Shown here piece by piece: positions 52,072 through 64,000 of a DNA stretch of 64,000 nt. The stretch comes from Octopus sinensis. Its lineage: Eukaryota. Numbering within the stretch: the stretch's first letter is position 1; each line of letters starts with the position of its first letter. The position numbers and the translations under genes are program-made. Where the stretch lies: NCBI RefSeq assembly GCF_006345805.1, contig NC_043005.1, positions 75,950,001-76,014,000 on the forward strand, in the 5' to 3' direction. Below the pieces are notes generated by a model. It saw only the letters and a list, made by a program, of their open reading frames with translations, was not told the DNA's origin and searched no databases.

Positions 52072-54392
52072 TATCGAAACTCGGAGTTTTATCATGGCTA
52101 CCGAATAATTATCACATATTATATATATATATATATTATATCACCGTGATCATCGTGACCGACCAGACCATCAGATGTTGCTACACATCGCTGGTCACAA
52201 TGCGCTTCGCATTGTTTTTTTAGCCTTCAAATGACGCCACCCCACTGGCTAAGCGAGCAGGCCAACAGAAGAAAGAGTGAGAGAAAGTTGTGGCGAAAGA
52301 GTACAGCAGGGATCGCCACCACCCCCTGCCGGTGCTTTAGGTGCTTTCGCTCAATAAACACTTACAAGCCCGTCTGGGAATCGAAACCGCGATCCTAACG
52401 ACCGCGAGTCCGCTGCCCTAACCACTGCCCTAACATATATATATATTATATTATATATAATATATATATATATAATATATATATATATATTTATCAAACA
52501 AACTTGATGAGTGTCAATGCACGAAACACTCGGCCCTTCAGTCACTCTGATGCTCCTGCTATATATTCTGTTTTTTTCTTTTCTACTTTAGGCACAAGGC
52601 CCGAAATTTTGGGGAGAGGGGCCAGTCAAGTAGATCGACTTCAGTACGCAACTGGTACTTAATCTATCGACCCCCGAAAGGATGAAAGGCAAAGTCGACC
52701 TCGGCGGAATTTGAGCTCAGAACATATAGACAGACGAAATACCGCCAAGCATTTCGCTTCTGTTAAATATTAATAAAAAATATGCTTATAATAATATCTT
52801 AAGTTCTATTATTCCAGTTTGCACTACCATACCTGTATATGTGTGCGCGTTTGTGTGTGTATATACTATTGATTTATGACGACACTTTTACGTTTCTTTT
52901 CAAATAAACCGATTTTATGTGCATTGAGCTCGATGAAGACAAATGTCTACAGCTATTATCTGGTTTAGTTTTGAGAATATTAGTTAAACCATAATTATCT
53001 CCCTCAGATTGTTCTTGGGACCCTTAAAGTAAATGAGTACCGAATGTTATCGACACGACCAGTTTCTTTTTATCTTTTACTTGTTTCAGGTATTAGATTG
53101 CGGCCATGCTGGGGCATCGTCTTGATGAAATTTTAGCCGCATGAATAGACCCCGGCACTTACATTTTTTAAAGCCTGGAACAGAATTCTGGTTTACGTAC
53201 CCCATATAACCCTTCATAACCTTCTTTTATGCTTTTGAATTTTCAGACAATTCTTGCGAATTTGTGTTCTACACTCGGGAATTCATACGATTGTATATAT
53301 ATATAAAAAAAAGTTTTTTTTAAAAAATTCTTAAACCCTTTTCCTCTATAAATCCTAAAAAATCCACTCTTTTTCGATTAAGAAAAAAAAATTAGAGTTT
53401 AAAATACGGACAGTCAGAATGTTTTGCTTAAATACCAGCAGTGAACCACCCTTGGGTGCATCATCATTCCATTAAATGTGTGTATGGGGAGAAAAATATT
53501 GCAAAACATACATGTCAGAGTGGCAAAGAAACGAGGACTGCATGAGGTGGTCGTGGGATTTGCAAAAAGAAACCAAAATGACTCCAACTAAATCGCCCTT
53601 AAATCACTTTTGAAAATACTGATAGGGCACAAATAGTATGTCAATAGCCAGATGGAGGAGATGTCTTCCTGGGGCTACAAGCTACAGTAGCATCATTTAG
53701 GTGGCAAATATACTTCACGATGTCTTGAGGCTACTGTTTATACATCGCTCGGAGATTTATTATTACAAAAAGAAATGTTTTTGGCATAATCGAATCAATT
53801 TTGTTGTGTCTGGAGAGTCATTCTATTTTAATGACTTATTAATTAACACTCTCACCGGTTCAATTTTCATTTATTTATTTATTTATTTATTTATTATTCT
53901 AAAATGTTCGTTGCTTCTTGCAACCTCTTCAATAGTGGTTGACTCTGCTCGTTATCGGAGCTGTGCTCTTTTGGTTTGTGCGCAAGTGTGCACGTCAGTG
54001 TGTGGTGGAAGCACTCCGTCGGTTACGACGACGAGGGTTCCGGTTGCTCGTGAAATTAACGTGTAAGTGGCTGAGCACTCCACAGACACGTGTACCCTTA
54101 ACGTAGTTCTCGGGGATATTCAGCGTGACACAGGAGTGACAAGGCCGGCCCTTTGAAAATACAGGTACAACAGAAACAGGAATTAAGAGTGAGAGAAAGT
54201 TGTGGTGAAAGAGTACAGCAGGGATCACCACCATCCTCTGCCGGAGCCTCGTGGAGCTTTTAGGTGTTTTCGCTCAATAAACACTCACAACGCCCGGTCT
54301 GGGAATCGAAACCGCGATCCTATGACCGCGAGTCCGCTGCCTTAACCACTGGGCCATTGCGCCTCCGCGCGTCAGTGTGCATGTGTATACAC

Positions 54393-54423
<31 letters not shown>

Positions 54424-55167
54424 TGTATGTATGTATGTATGTATGTATGCATGTGTGTGTATGTATGTATGTATGTATGTATGTATGTATGTATGTATGT
54501 ATGTATACGTATGCGTGTGTCTACGTTTGTATGTATTATGCATATTCAGGTGTTTGTGTGTGCCTGTTTGTATGTATGTGCGTGTGCATGTGTGTTTGTG
54601 CGTTTACCTCCGTCTCCTTGTGTATGCGTGTTTGAGTGTGCCTATGTGTATGGCTTTATGTGACTGTACGTGCGTCAGTTACGAATGGATGTGTCTCCAT
54701 ATGTGTCCTTGTTTGAGTGTGGAGAGTGTGTGTGTGTGTATGGTCATGTGTTTCCGTCTCCTGTTTTCTATGTATGTGTGTGTGCACGCGCTTGTCAGTC
54801 CCTATTGTCTATGTCCCTATCTATCTACTCATCTATTTACCTGTTTATCTACGAATGAATTTCCTTGTGTAAAACACAAATTTGCAAAAAAATAAATAAG
54901 ATATGAAGTGTTATATGGAGTACTTAAACCAAAATTCCGCCAAGCCAAGTACTTATTCTATCGGTCTCTTTTACCGAAGCGCTAGACCCGATTTTTTTTT
55001 CTTAAATAGTAATTCATATACACTTATTGTTGCAACATAACTATTCCACATTAAAATACAAATTCAAAACAGAAGAGAATATAAATCACGAGCGAAGAAA
55101 GAAAAAAATGGAAAAAGAAGGACATTGCACCAATCTGTTGCACACGATAAGGGGTCACGGAACTTAC

Positions 55168-55222
55168 TGAAGTAAGCCGACACGTTCGCGGTATTACTGC
55201 AGGCGATGGCGAAGAATTCCAT
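55168..55222 (-). other. Candidate upstream exon / uORF (MEFFAIACSNTANVSAYF) in a CpG-rich island
   Basis: ATG after CGGAAG, 55 nt, then consensus donor TCA|gtaagt. Local CpG enrichment. The link to CIB is inferred only. Confidence 0.35.
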
Positions 55223-55273
55223 CTTCCGTCGATCATACAAACAACAATTTAGTGGAGTCAATAATACTATCCT

Positions 55274-55332
<59 letters not shown>

Positions 55333-55351
55333 ATATATATATATTATATTC

Positions 55352-55683
55352 TTTACTCTTTACTTTTTCACTTGTTTCAGCCATTTGACTGCGGCCATGC
55401 AAATCGACCCTGGGACCTATTCTTTGTAAGCCTAGTACTTATGCTATCGGTCTCTTTTGCCGAACCGCTAAGTTACGGGGACGTAAACAACACTAGCATC
55501 GGTTGTCAAGCGATGTTGGGGGGGGGGACAAACACACACACACGAACACACACACACACATACACACACACACACACGCATATATATATATATACGACGG
55601 GCTTCTTTCAGTTTCCGTCTACCAAATCCACTCACAAGGCTTTGGTCGACCCAAGGCTATAGTAGAAGACACTTGCCCAAGGT
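55352..55683 (-). mobile_element. SINE family A, 5'-truncated
   Basis: Tail and body, ending at ccaaggtg. Confidence 0.8.
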
Positions 55684-56238
55684 GTCAGATGATTGTATTG
55701 TTTCTTTAGGATTTTTTTGGAGGTGTCGGTTCGATTCTCATAAACACTCCCATGTGTTAATTACCTTCGTATATGTTTGCTGTTTGTATTTTTCGACTGA
55801 AATTCAAAAAGATTAGCAATGATATTCGAATTAAAATAAGATAGTTTACTGAATGAAGTAACTGATATTAATATATTATATGTGTATATTCAATTACACC
55901 CCGTAAACTTTGTTTATTCGACCAGTATTTAAATATATCTTTACTTAAGTCAAATCAGCCGAAAACAATAACTAATAAAAAACGAGAAATTCAATGCAAT
56001 ACCAGCTTATCGCATTGTCGTGTAAACTATTATAATGTATGGGAAGAATATTGCTCCAGACACGATAGTACTGAACGGGGGCGATGATGTGTCACTCTGT
56101 TATTACAATAGCTACAACAGAATAAGGCTAATACGGGGGTGTAAATAGTATCATGTAGTAGCAATAGATAAAACGATAAGCGCAGTAGTCAGTGAACATC
56201 ATGTCATAGAAAGAGCATGGCAGTAGAAAGAGAGCAAC

Positions 56239-56250
56239 ACTTTTAATAAA
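56239..56250 (+). promoter_or_regulatory. Conserved TATA-like upstream motif of the tRNA-Glu genes (ACTTTTAATAAA)
   Basis: A related 12-mer ends at -31 in copies 1, 2, 3 and 5, and at -59 in copy 4. Confidence 0.5.
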
Positions 56251-56280
56251 ACTTTATGTACTGACTCTTGCCAGCAGCAC

Positions 56281-56352
56281 TCCCATGTGGTCTAGTGGTT
56301 AGGATTCCTGGCTTTCACCCAGGCGGCCCGGGTTCGATTCCCGGCATGGGAA
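56281..56352 (+). tRNA. trnE-TTC: tRNA-Glu(TTC) copy 1
   Basis: 72-nt cloverleaf TCCCATG...CATGGGAA, anticodon loop CTTTCAC, A/B boxes, T7 terminator at 56361-56367. Confidence 0.97.
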
Positions 56353-56360
56353 CGCTATAA

Positions 56361-56367
56361 TTTTTTT
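56361..56367 (+). terminator. Pol III oligo-T terminator
   Basis: T7 run 8 nt after the 3' end of tRNA copy 1. Confidence 0.75.
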
Positions 56368-56674
56368 ATTTTTATTTAGTTTGAAGGTAGTATATTAAAG
56401 TTTCTAATTTTAGATTTAATTTCACCCCTTTCCTACAATGCTTAAAAAAAAAAAATTCCCCCCTACTATATAATATAGTTGTTACATTCGCTTCTGTTCT
56501 TGGGAATCGGGTAGCTGCATGATAACAATATTTTGTTTGCCAACCATGTGGTTCTGGTTTCAGTCCCACTGCGTGACACCTTGTGCACATATATCTTCTA
56601 CTATAGTCTCGGGCCAACCAAAGCATTGTGAGTGATTTGGTAGACGGAAACTGGAAGAAGCCCCTCATATATAC

Positions 56675-56765
<91 letters not shown>

Positions 56766-57834
56766 CACGCTGACATGGAATCAACGTTGAAACCCTTTAT
56801 TCGCAATATTTACCGAATCTGGAACCTAACTATGGTCTGTCTATAGCACTTATTCAGCATTACCTGACACCTTTGGGTCACAATGACACCATTATCTCTC
56901 TTACATATATATATACACACACACACATAAGTGATGGGAAGAGTCCAGGTGTTCTTATCGTTTGTGGGGTCTCATCTGAGACCCCACAATTTGTGACTTC
57001 TTTGTTCCCTCTCACATACTGGATACTGGGGGTAAATAGGATGGTTACTGTTTCAGTAGTCAGACGAATCAAGATCCTTATGTATCGGAGCCTATGAGTG
57101 AACCATTTCTTCCAGTCTGTTGCATTTTCGACGGGCCGCTAACAGCGAAGCTCTTGTCATCGTTGGCGGGTCGCCTTACCGAGGTATCAGGTGAAGTCAG
57201 TGAAGGTGCTTGACTGCTCCAACACCTTAGCCTCGCCATTGTCCGTGTTGGCTTGCTTCAGCAGGTTCCGTTGAACTTTGTGGTGTGCGACCGATTGAGG
57301 CACTTGATGTTGAATTGATGTGATTTTTTTCTTCTTTTTTTTTGTTCCTCCTTTTCGTTTTCGTTTCTCCCGGTTTTGGATTTGTATTTTTAATATGGTT
57401 TTGTATTAAAGGAGCACTCCGTCGGTTATGATGACGAGGGTCCCAGCTGATATGATCAACAGAACAGCTTTCTTGTGAAATTAACGTGCAAGTAGCTTGT
57501 GCGCCCTTAACGTGGTTCTCAGAGAGATTCAGCGTGACACAGAGTGTGACAAAGTCGGCCCTTTGAAATACAGATACTACTCATTTTTGCCAGCTGGATG
57601 GACTGGAGCAACATGAAATAAAGCGTCTTGCTCAAGGACACAACGCGTCGCCTGGAATTGAACTCACAACCTTTCAATCGTGAGCAGAATGCCCTAACCA
57701 CTAATCCACGCGCTTTCACGGTTTCGTATTGTGTAAGCTTTTTGCCCGGAGTGGTGATGATTCTGCCAGTTCACCGACATTTTTAGGGTTCCAAGTAGTT
57801 GAGAATCAGGAAGATTAACATCTTGCCGTTAATT

Positions 57835-57992
57835 TTTGAGTGGCTGTGTAGTAAGTAGCTTGTTTACCAACCACATGGTTCCGGGTTCAGTCCCACTGCG
57901 TGGCACTTTGGGCAAGTGTCTTCTACTATAGCCTCGGGCCGACCAAAGCCTTGTGAGTGGATTTGGTAGACGGAAACTGAAAGAAGCCCGTC

Positions 57993-58038
<46 letters not shown>

Positions 58039-58260
58039 AATGTGTGCGTGTATGTTTGTGTGTCTGTGTTTGTCCCCCTAGAATTGCTTGACAACCGATG
58101 CTGGTGTGTTTATATCCCCGTCACTTAGCAGTTCGGCAAAAGAGACCGATAGAATAAGTACTGGGCTTACAAAGAATAAGTCCCGGGGTCGAGTTGCTCG
58201 ATTAAAGGTGGTGCTCCAGCATGGCCACTGTCAAATGACTGAAACAAAGTAAAAGAGTAA
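57835..58260 (+). mobile_element. SINE family A
   Basis: Head, (TA)n, tail. Confidence 0.85.
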
Positions 58261-59534
58261 AGAGAGAGTAAAGATATGAGAAACTGAAAGAGAGAACAAC
58301 ATTTTGATTACGGTTAACCAGAGGAGAACGAGTAGAGTGGTGGCGCTGATGGAGTGGATGTCAAACTTAAATGAAATATGCTGTATTAAAAGGTCACTTT
58401 ACTGTGAAAGCGGTCGTGAACCGAACCAGAGCTGCCTGGGAGACAGCTAACGGATCCTAACCATAAAGCACATGGGAACTCTGTTTTCTTGATTAAGTGA
58501 TAAAAAAATACGGTATATAAAAAAAAAAATTAATTCGTAATAGGTTATAAAACGGTATAATAATTTTTTAAAAAATTATTTCGTAATTTCTTCAAATAAT
58601 ATTTTTTCCTTGTGTCACAATAATCACTGCTAGGATTTCGTTTTCTTTGTCCAAGAGGTAGATTTTAATTATTTAAGAAATTTACTTTTATTACGGCATG
58701 AATAAGTTAAATTCACGAATTACTTAAAATAAATTTAACATGATTTATTTCAAAAAAGAAAGCGTTCCCATGCCGGGAATCGAACCCGGGCCGCCTGGGT
58801 GAAAGCCAGGAATCCTAACCACTAGACCACATGGGAGTGCTGCTTTGTATCTGCATTACATATACCTTTATCATAAGTAAGTCTTTTTTTGTCAGTCGAT
58901 GTCATTGCTGCTGGCTGCTTTTACGTTATCTCTTCGTTGATTAAGTGAGACATTTCTCCTCCTCTCTCCGCTCTCTCTCTCTCTCCTCTCTCTCTCTCCT
59001 CTCTCTCCTCTCTCTCTCTCTCTCGTCTCCTCTCTCTCTCTCCTCTCTCTCCTCTCTCTCCTCTCTCTACATCTCCTCTCTCTCTCTCCTCATCTCTCTC
59101 TCTGCCAATCCTCTATCGCCTCACCGACGCGCTCTCTCGCCTTACCTCCTCTCTCGCCTTCCCTCTCTCTCGCCTCCCCTGTCTATTGCCTCCCGTCTCC
59201 TTCGCCTCCCTTCTCTCTCACCTCCTCTCACTCTCGTCTCCTCTCTCTCTCTCTCGTTTCCCATCTCTCTCCTTCACGCCTCTCACGCCTCACGCCTCTC
59301 ACGCCTCACGCCTCTCACGATGAAAATCTTAAGCGACTGTAAACTTATTAAATATTCGGATATCTCGATATCCTCCAAAGATTATAAGATCCATGCATCT
59401 GGAATTAAGCAACACAAACCCAGAATAGAAAAGCAAGTAAAATACAAAATAAGAAACAAAAATAAAACAAAATAAAATAAAAACAACTTAATGTGTCCTC
59501 GTGGGTCTTCTTTCAGTTTTCGCCAACCAAATCC
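58230..59534. repeat. Segmental duplication, copy 1 (contains tRNA copy 2)
   Basis: Colinear with 62484..63627. Confidence 0.93.
58765..58836 (-). tRNA. trnE-TTC: tRNA-Glu(TTC) copy 2
   Basis: Reverse complement identical to copy 1, with a T6 run downstream. Confidence 0.97.
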
Positions 59535-59559
59535 ACATACATACATACATACATACATA

Positions 59560-60062
59560 CTGGCTGCTCCCTCGTTATCGAGTATGGCCTTTGCACGAAG
59601 CTTAACTGTTATTGTGCTGTAATCGAATGTGACTTTTTAGAGCCCAGCTAAAGAACTACAATATCTTGTACAGAATTGGCAGCTAAAACCTTTACCGGTA
59701 ATAGCCGGCTGTAGTGTAACTGGGCTTCATGTACCTTCGCATTCTTTAAGATAAAGTCCACCTGCCGAATTACACTCTCTCTTCCACATGCCTGACAGAT
59801 ATGATTAGTATGGTGTGTTACACCACCACCCAGTGGCCAGGTTGTCACTCATCTGCCTCGCTTTATAACTACGAAGATGACTCTTGAGTCCAGCTTTACT
59901 GAGGCAGGGTCTTGCACAGACAGTGCATGTCAGCATCATATGAAGACCCTTCCCATTTGGAAGTGTACCAGTGATGCCCTTCCTGACATCCCTCCTAACT
60001 TTCTCATGCGCAACTCGAGATTTCTCGAAAGTAGCTGTCCCCTCGTGCACAATCCTCATGCC
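59560..60062 (-). mobile_element. RTE (BovB-like) 3' fragment with C2H2 finger relics
   Basis: CTVCARPCLSKAGLKSHLRS followed by HICQACGR. Confidence 0.7.
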
Positions 60063-60472
60063 TCCTTGTTCGCTTGACAACCGGTGTTGGTGTGTTTAGC
60101 TATGTGTTTAGCTAGGTTAGCTATTCGGAATAAGTGATCGATAGAATAAGTACCAGTCTAAAAAAAAAAAAGAAAAGAAATTAGTTCTAGGGGCGATTCG
60201 TTCGACTAACGTTTTTCAACGTGGATCCCCAGTCTGATCGCATGCTGAAAACTGAAACAAGTAAAATATAAAGGATAAAACATGATTTAAAAGTCATTTG
60301 ACCTGCTGGATACCGCACCCAAATTTCTCTCTAATCCAATCCGTTTTTAAAATGAAAGAAATTCTAAATAATTACTCCTTAATTTCATGAATTTCGATAA
60401 GCTACTTTCAAGAATGAAGGTAAATGTATTTCCTACTGCATCTTTATAATAATACCAATAAAAAATTGAATA

Positions 60473-60544
60473 TTCCCATGCCGGGAATCGAACCCGGGCC
60501 GCGTGGGTGAAAGCCAGGAATCCTAACCACTAGACCACATGGGA
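60473..60544 (-). tRNA. trnE-TTC: tRNA-Glu(TTC) copy 3, anticodon-stem mismatch variant
   Basis: One substitution at 60503 gives a C:C mismatch in the anticodon stem. T6 run downstream. Confidence 0.85.
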
Positions 60545-61072
60545 CTTCTGCATTCATGATTCACCACTGATGTCTTCATCAAAAGTATTTCTCTTTCATC
60601 AGTAGTTGTCATTGTTGCTAGTACATTATTTTCATTTATGAAGTTAGACATGTAGAATAAAGGGTCTTGCTTAGGAGTGAAAATAAAATTGTGAAACATA
60701 GGTGAAGTCATAAAGTAGGAGTTAATTTTGAGAAATGTATGCACCTAGACCTAACTGGCAAACTCCATTTTGTGAGTTCACATTTGTCCTTGGGTTTACT
60801 TCACTTTCAAAGGGAAAAAACCCCCACTTTACACAACTTTGGGCAGAATTGAGGTTTAAGCGCCCCTCTATAAACTCTCAAAAACCTTTTAATTTAAAAA
60901 AAATTCACAAAACTTTTAAAATTTGTGTTCTACACACAAAAATTCATACGATTATGCAAATAAAATTTTAAAAGATTTCAATGTGCTGAAAACGACAGTT
61001 AAATCTCTCTTAAATCACACACCGGGGAGGGCATGAATTCGCATAACTCATATCTTTCTAAAAGGAAACACA

Positions 61073-61144
61073 TTCTCATGCCGGGAATCGAACCCGGGCC
61101 GCCTGGGTGAAAGCCAGGAATCCTAACCACTAGACCACATGGGA
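61073..61144 (-). tRNA. trnE-TTC: tRNA-Glu(TTC) copy 4, acceptor-stem mismatch variant (possible pseudogene)
   Basis: One substitution at 61076 gives a C3:A70 mismatch. Only a T4 run downstream. Confidence 0.8.
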
Positions 61145-61859
61145 TTGCTGAATGGCTGGCCTTCTAATATAAATATCTATTTGGTTTTCTGATCGTTATA
61201 ACTTTATGAAAAGTGTATCACTTTACCTGCAGTTGTCCTTGCTAGTACATTATCTTCAATTACGAATTCAAACATGTAGAATAAAAGTGTCTTCTCCAGA
61301 AACAAACACGAAAACGTACAACATATATAACGTCATAAGCTATGAGTAAATAATGAGGAGCGAGTCGAGTAAATTATCTGACATTTTAATGTGCCTTAAA
61401 ATAACAATAAACCTTTCTGCTATAGGCACAAAAGCTGAAATTTTTATGGAGGTGACTAGTCGATTACATCGAACCCCGAGACGGATAAGAAGTAAAGTCA
61501 ACCTCAGTGGAATTTGAACCATCCTCCGTGCTGACGATTCTGCTAGCTGAACCACCTTTAAAAATAATCATCCTTTCTACAATATGAACAAAGCCTGAAA
61601 TTTTGAGGGATTAAATCGTCGGATCTTTTCTGTTTGATCACACTTTTAAATTCCTTTCATTTTGCTTCAATTGATTTCAAATTTGGTGTATTGACGTAGT
61701 TTTGTATGCTAATTATGTAAATGAAATTCTTTTTCTTCCATGAATTAATAAATGAAAGTTGGCAAATTTTTGGAAATTTTAGCCAGTCGAAAGCCACAGA
61801 CATATTGGTACCTGTTTCTGTAATAACAATCCAAGGTATAGTCTACTAACTGAGAAAGA

Positions 61860-62270
61860 GTGCTACCTGATCAGTGGTTTTCGGAGGAGTGTGTCGCAAG
61901 ACCAGACATGTTTTTCTTTATGCGGTGCCATGTCGGATCGTGATACAATGGAGGAATGCATACATCAGTCGATTCTTCCAGGAATTACAATTTTCAGTGA
62001 CTTGTGGGGGGCAAGGAGAGTTATAACTTTCGACATAGAACAGTGGATCACGGCTCTTAGTTTATTAACTCGAAAGATGGTTCTCACACGCAACAAGTAG
62101 AAAGCTCATGGTTCTCTGTAAAACGAAATAACAAACGATGCTGAGGCAGCCACCGTTCTATGGTTGACTCGTATCTCTGCGAGTTTATGTGACACATGAG
62201 GTATGAACATTGTAATTTGTTTGACAAACTCCTAGAGTGCATCGCAGACTTCCGTTTTTGAATTTTCGCT
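61860..62270 (+). mobile_element. Merlin/IS1595-type transposase relic
   Basis: DR.T....I...ILPG.TI.SDLWGA, H.TVDH, HTQQVESSW, DSYLCEFM. Frameshifted. Confidence 0.8.
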
Positions 62271-62483
62271 ACAAAAGATGTATTAATTATCACCCTTTTA
62301 CTTGTTTCAGTCATTTGGCTGTGGCCATGCTGGAGCACCGCCTTTCGTCGAGTAAATCGACCCCAGGACTTATTCTTTGTAAGCCTAGTACTTATTCTAT
62401 CGGTCTGTTTTACCGAACCGCTAAGTTACGAAGACGTAAACACACCACCATCGGTTGTCAAGCGATTTTAGGGGCCAAACACC

Positions 62484-63627
62484 GTCAAATGACTGAAACA
62501 AAGTAAAAGAGTAAAGAGAGAGTAAAGATATGACAAACTGAAAGAGAGAACAACATTTTGATTAAGGTTAACCAGAGGAGAACGAGTAGAGTGGTGGCGC
62601 TGATGGAGTGGATGCCAAACTTAAATGAAATATGCTGTATTAAAAGGTCACTTTACTGTGAAAGCGGTCGTGAACCGAACCAGAGCTGCCTGGGAGACAG
62701 CTAACGGATCCTAACCATAAAGCACATGGGAACACTGAGTGCTGCATCCAATAGTTATGTCTTTATCAAACGTTTTCTTGATTAAGTGATAAAAAAATAG
62801 GGTATAATATTAAAAAAAAAATTAATTCGTAATAGGTTATAAACGGTATAATAATTTTAAAAAATTAATTCGTAATTTCTTCAAATAATCCTTTTTCTTT
62901 GTGTCACAATCACTGCTAGGATTTAGTTTTCTTTGTCCAAGAGGTAGATTTTAATTATTTAAGAAATTTACTTTTATTACGGCATGAATAAGTTAAAATC
63001 ACGAATTACTTAAAATAAATTTAACATAATTTATTCCCAAAAAATAAGCGTTCCCATGCCGGGAATCGAACCCGGGCCGCCTGGGTGAAAGCCAGGAATC
63101 CTAACCACTAGACCACATGGGAGTGCTGCTTCGTGTCTGCATTACTTATACCTTTATCATAAGTATGTCTTTTTTTGTCAGTCGATGTCATTGCTGCTGG
63201 CTGCTTTTACGTTATCTTCGTTGATTAAGTGAGACATTTCGCCTCCTCTCTCTCTCTCTCTCACCTCCCCTCTCTCTTGCCAATCCTCTCTCGCCTCACT
63301 GCTCTCTCGCCTTCCCTCTCTCTCGCCTCCCCTGTCTTTTGCCTCCCCTCTCTCTTGCCTTCCCTCTCTCTCGTTTCCCATCTCTCTCGCTTCACGCCTC
63401 TCACGCCTCACGCCTCTCACGATGAAAATCTTAAGCGACTGTAAACTTATTAAATATTCGGATATCTCGATATCCTCCAAAGATTATATATAAAATCCAT
63501 GCATCTGGAATTAAGCAACGCAAACCCAGAATAGAAAAGCAAGTAAAGTACAAAATAAAAAATAAATAAAATAAAAACAACTTAAAAATGTCATCGTGGT
63601 CTTCTTCAGTTTCCGCCAACCAAATCC
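62484..63627. repeat. Segmental duplication, copy 2 (contains tRNA copy 5)
   Basis: Colinear with 58230..59534, with a shorter CT tract. Confidence 0.93.
63051..63122 (-). tRNA. trnE-TTC: tRNA-Glu(TTC) copy 5
   Basis: Identical to copy 2 and inside the duplicated segment. T6 run downstream. Confidence 0.97.
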
Positions 63628-63629
63628 CG

Positions 63630-64000
63630 TACATACATACTACATACATACATACATACATACCTACATACATCATACATAGATAATACATACATACATA
63701 CATACTACATACATACATAATACATACATAGATACATACATACATACTAATACATACATACATACATACATACATACATACATAGATACATACATACATA
63801 CATACATACATACATAGATACATACATAATACATACATACATACAACATAGATACATACATACTACATACATACATACATACATACATACTAGATACATA
63901 CATACATACATACATACATACATACATACATACATACATACATACATACATACATACTACATACATACATAGATACATACATACATACATACATACATAC
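63630..64000. repeat. (ATAC)n array running off the window end
   Basis: Seen directly. Confidence 0.97.

Noticed and set aside
52503-52545. Hammerhead-like TTGATGA-stem-GAAAC
   Set aside because: C3 is replaced and stems I and III cannot form.
56930-57400. GC-richer minus-strand segment, possibly a LINE 5' end or ORF1
   Set aside because: No diagnostic motif, so I cannot classify it.

Overview
AT-rich, microsatellite- and transposon-dense eukaryotic DNA. The repeat landscape looks like a cephalopod (Octopus-like) genome; this is inference, not a database match. I can reconstruct one protein-coding gene: a 7-exon CIB2/CIB3-type calcium- and integrin-binding EF-hand protein on the minus strand (CDS 48793..24230, 570 nt, 189 aa, all introns GT-AG). 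A possible extra upstream exon with a uORF lies near 55.2 kb. The right end holds a cluster of five tRNA-Glu(TTC) genes that share a positionally fixed upstream motif; one of them sits in a SINE-bounded ~1.2-1.3 kb duplication. The rest is relics of mariner, Merlin, Helitron, Penelope-like and RTE elements, several tRNA-derived SINE families (one inserted twice at the same site of another), a 22-bp minisatellite and many long fold-back inverted repeats. Almost all ORFs in the supplied track are microsatellite artefacts. I found no CRISPR array, no rRNA, and nothing that I can show to be a new biological system. The best leads are the CIB2/3 gene (non-canonical EF4, possible uORF exon), the tRNA cluster architecture, the SINE-into-SINE target site and the fold-back elements.
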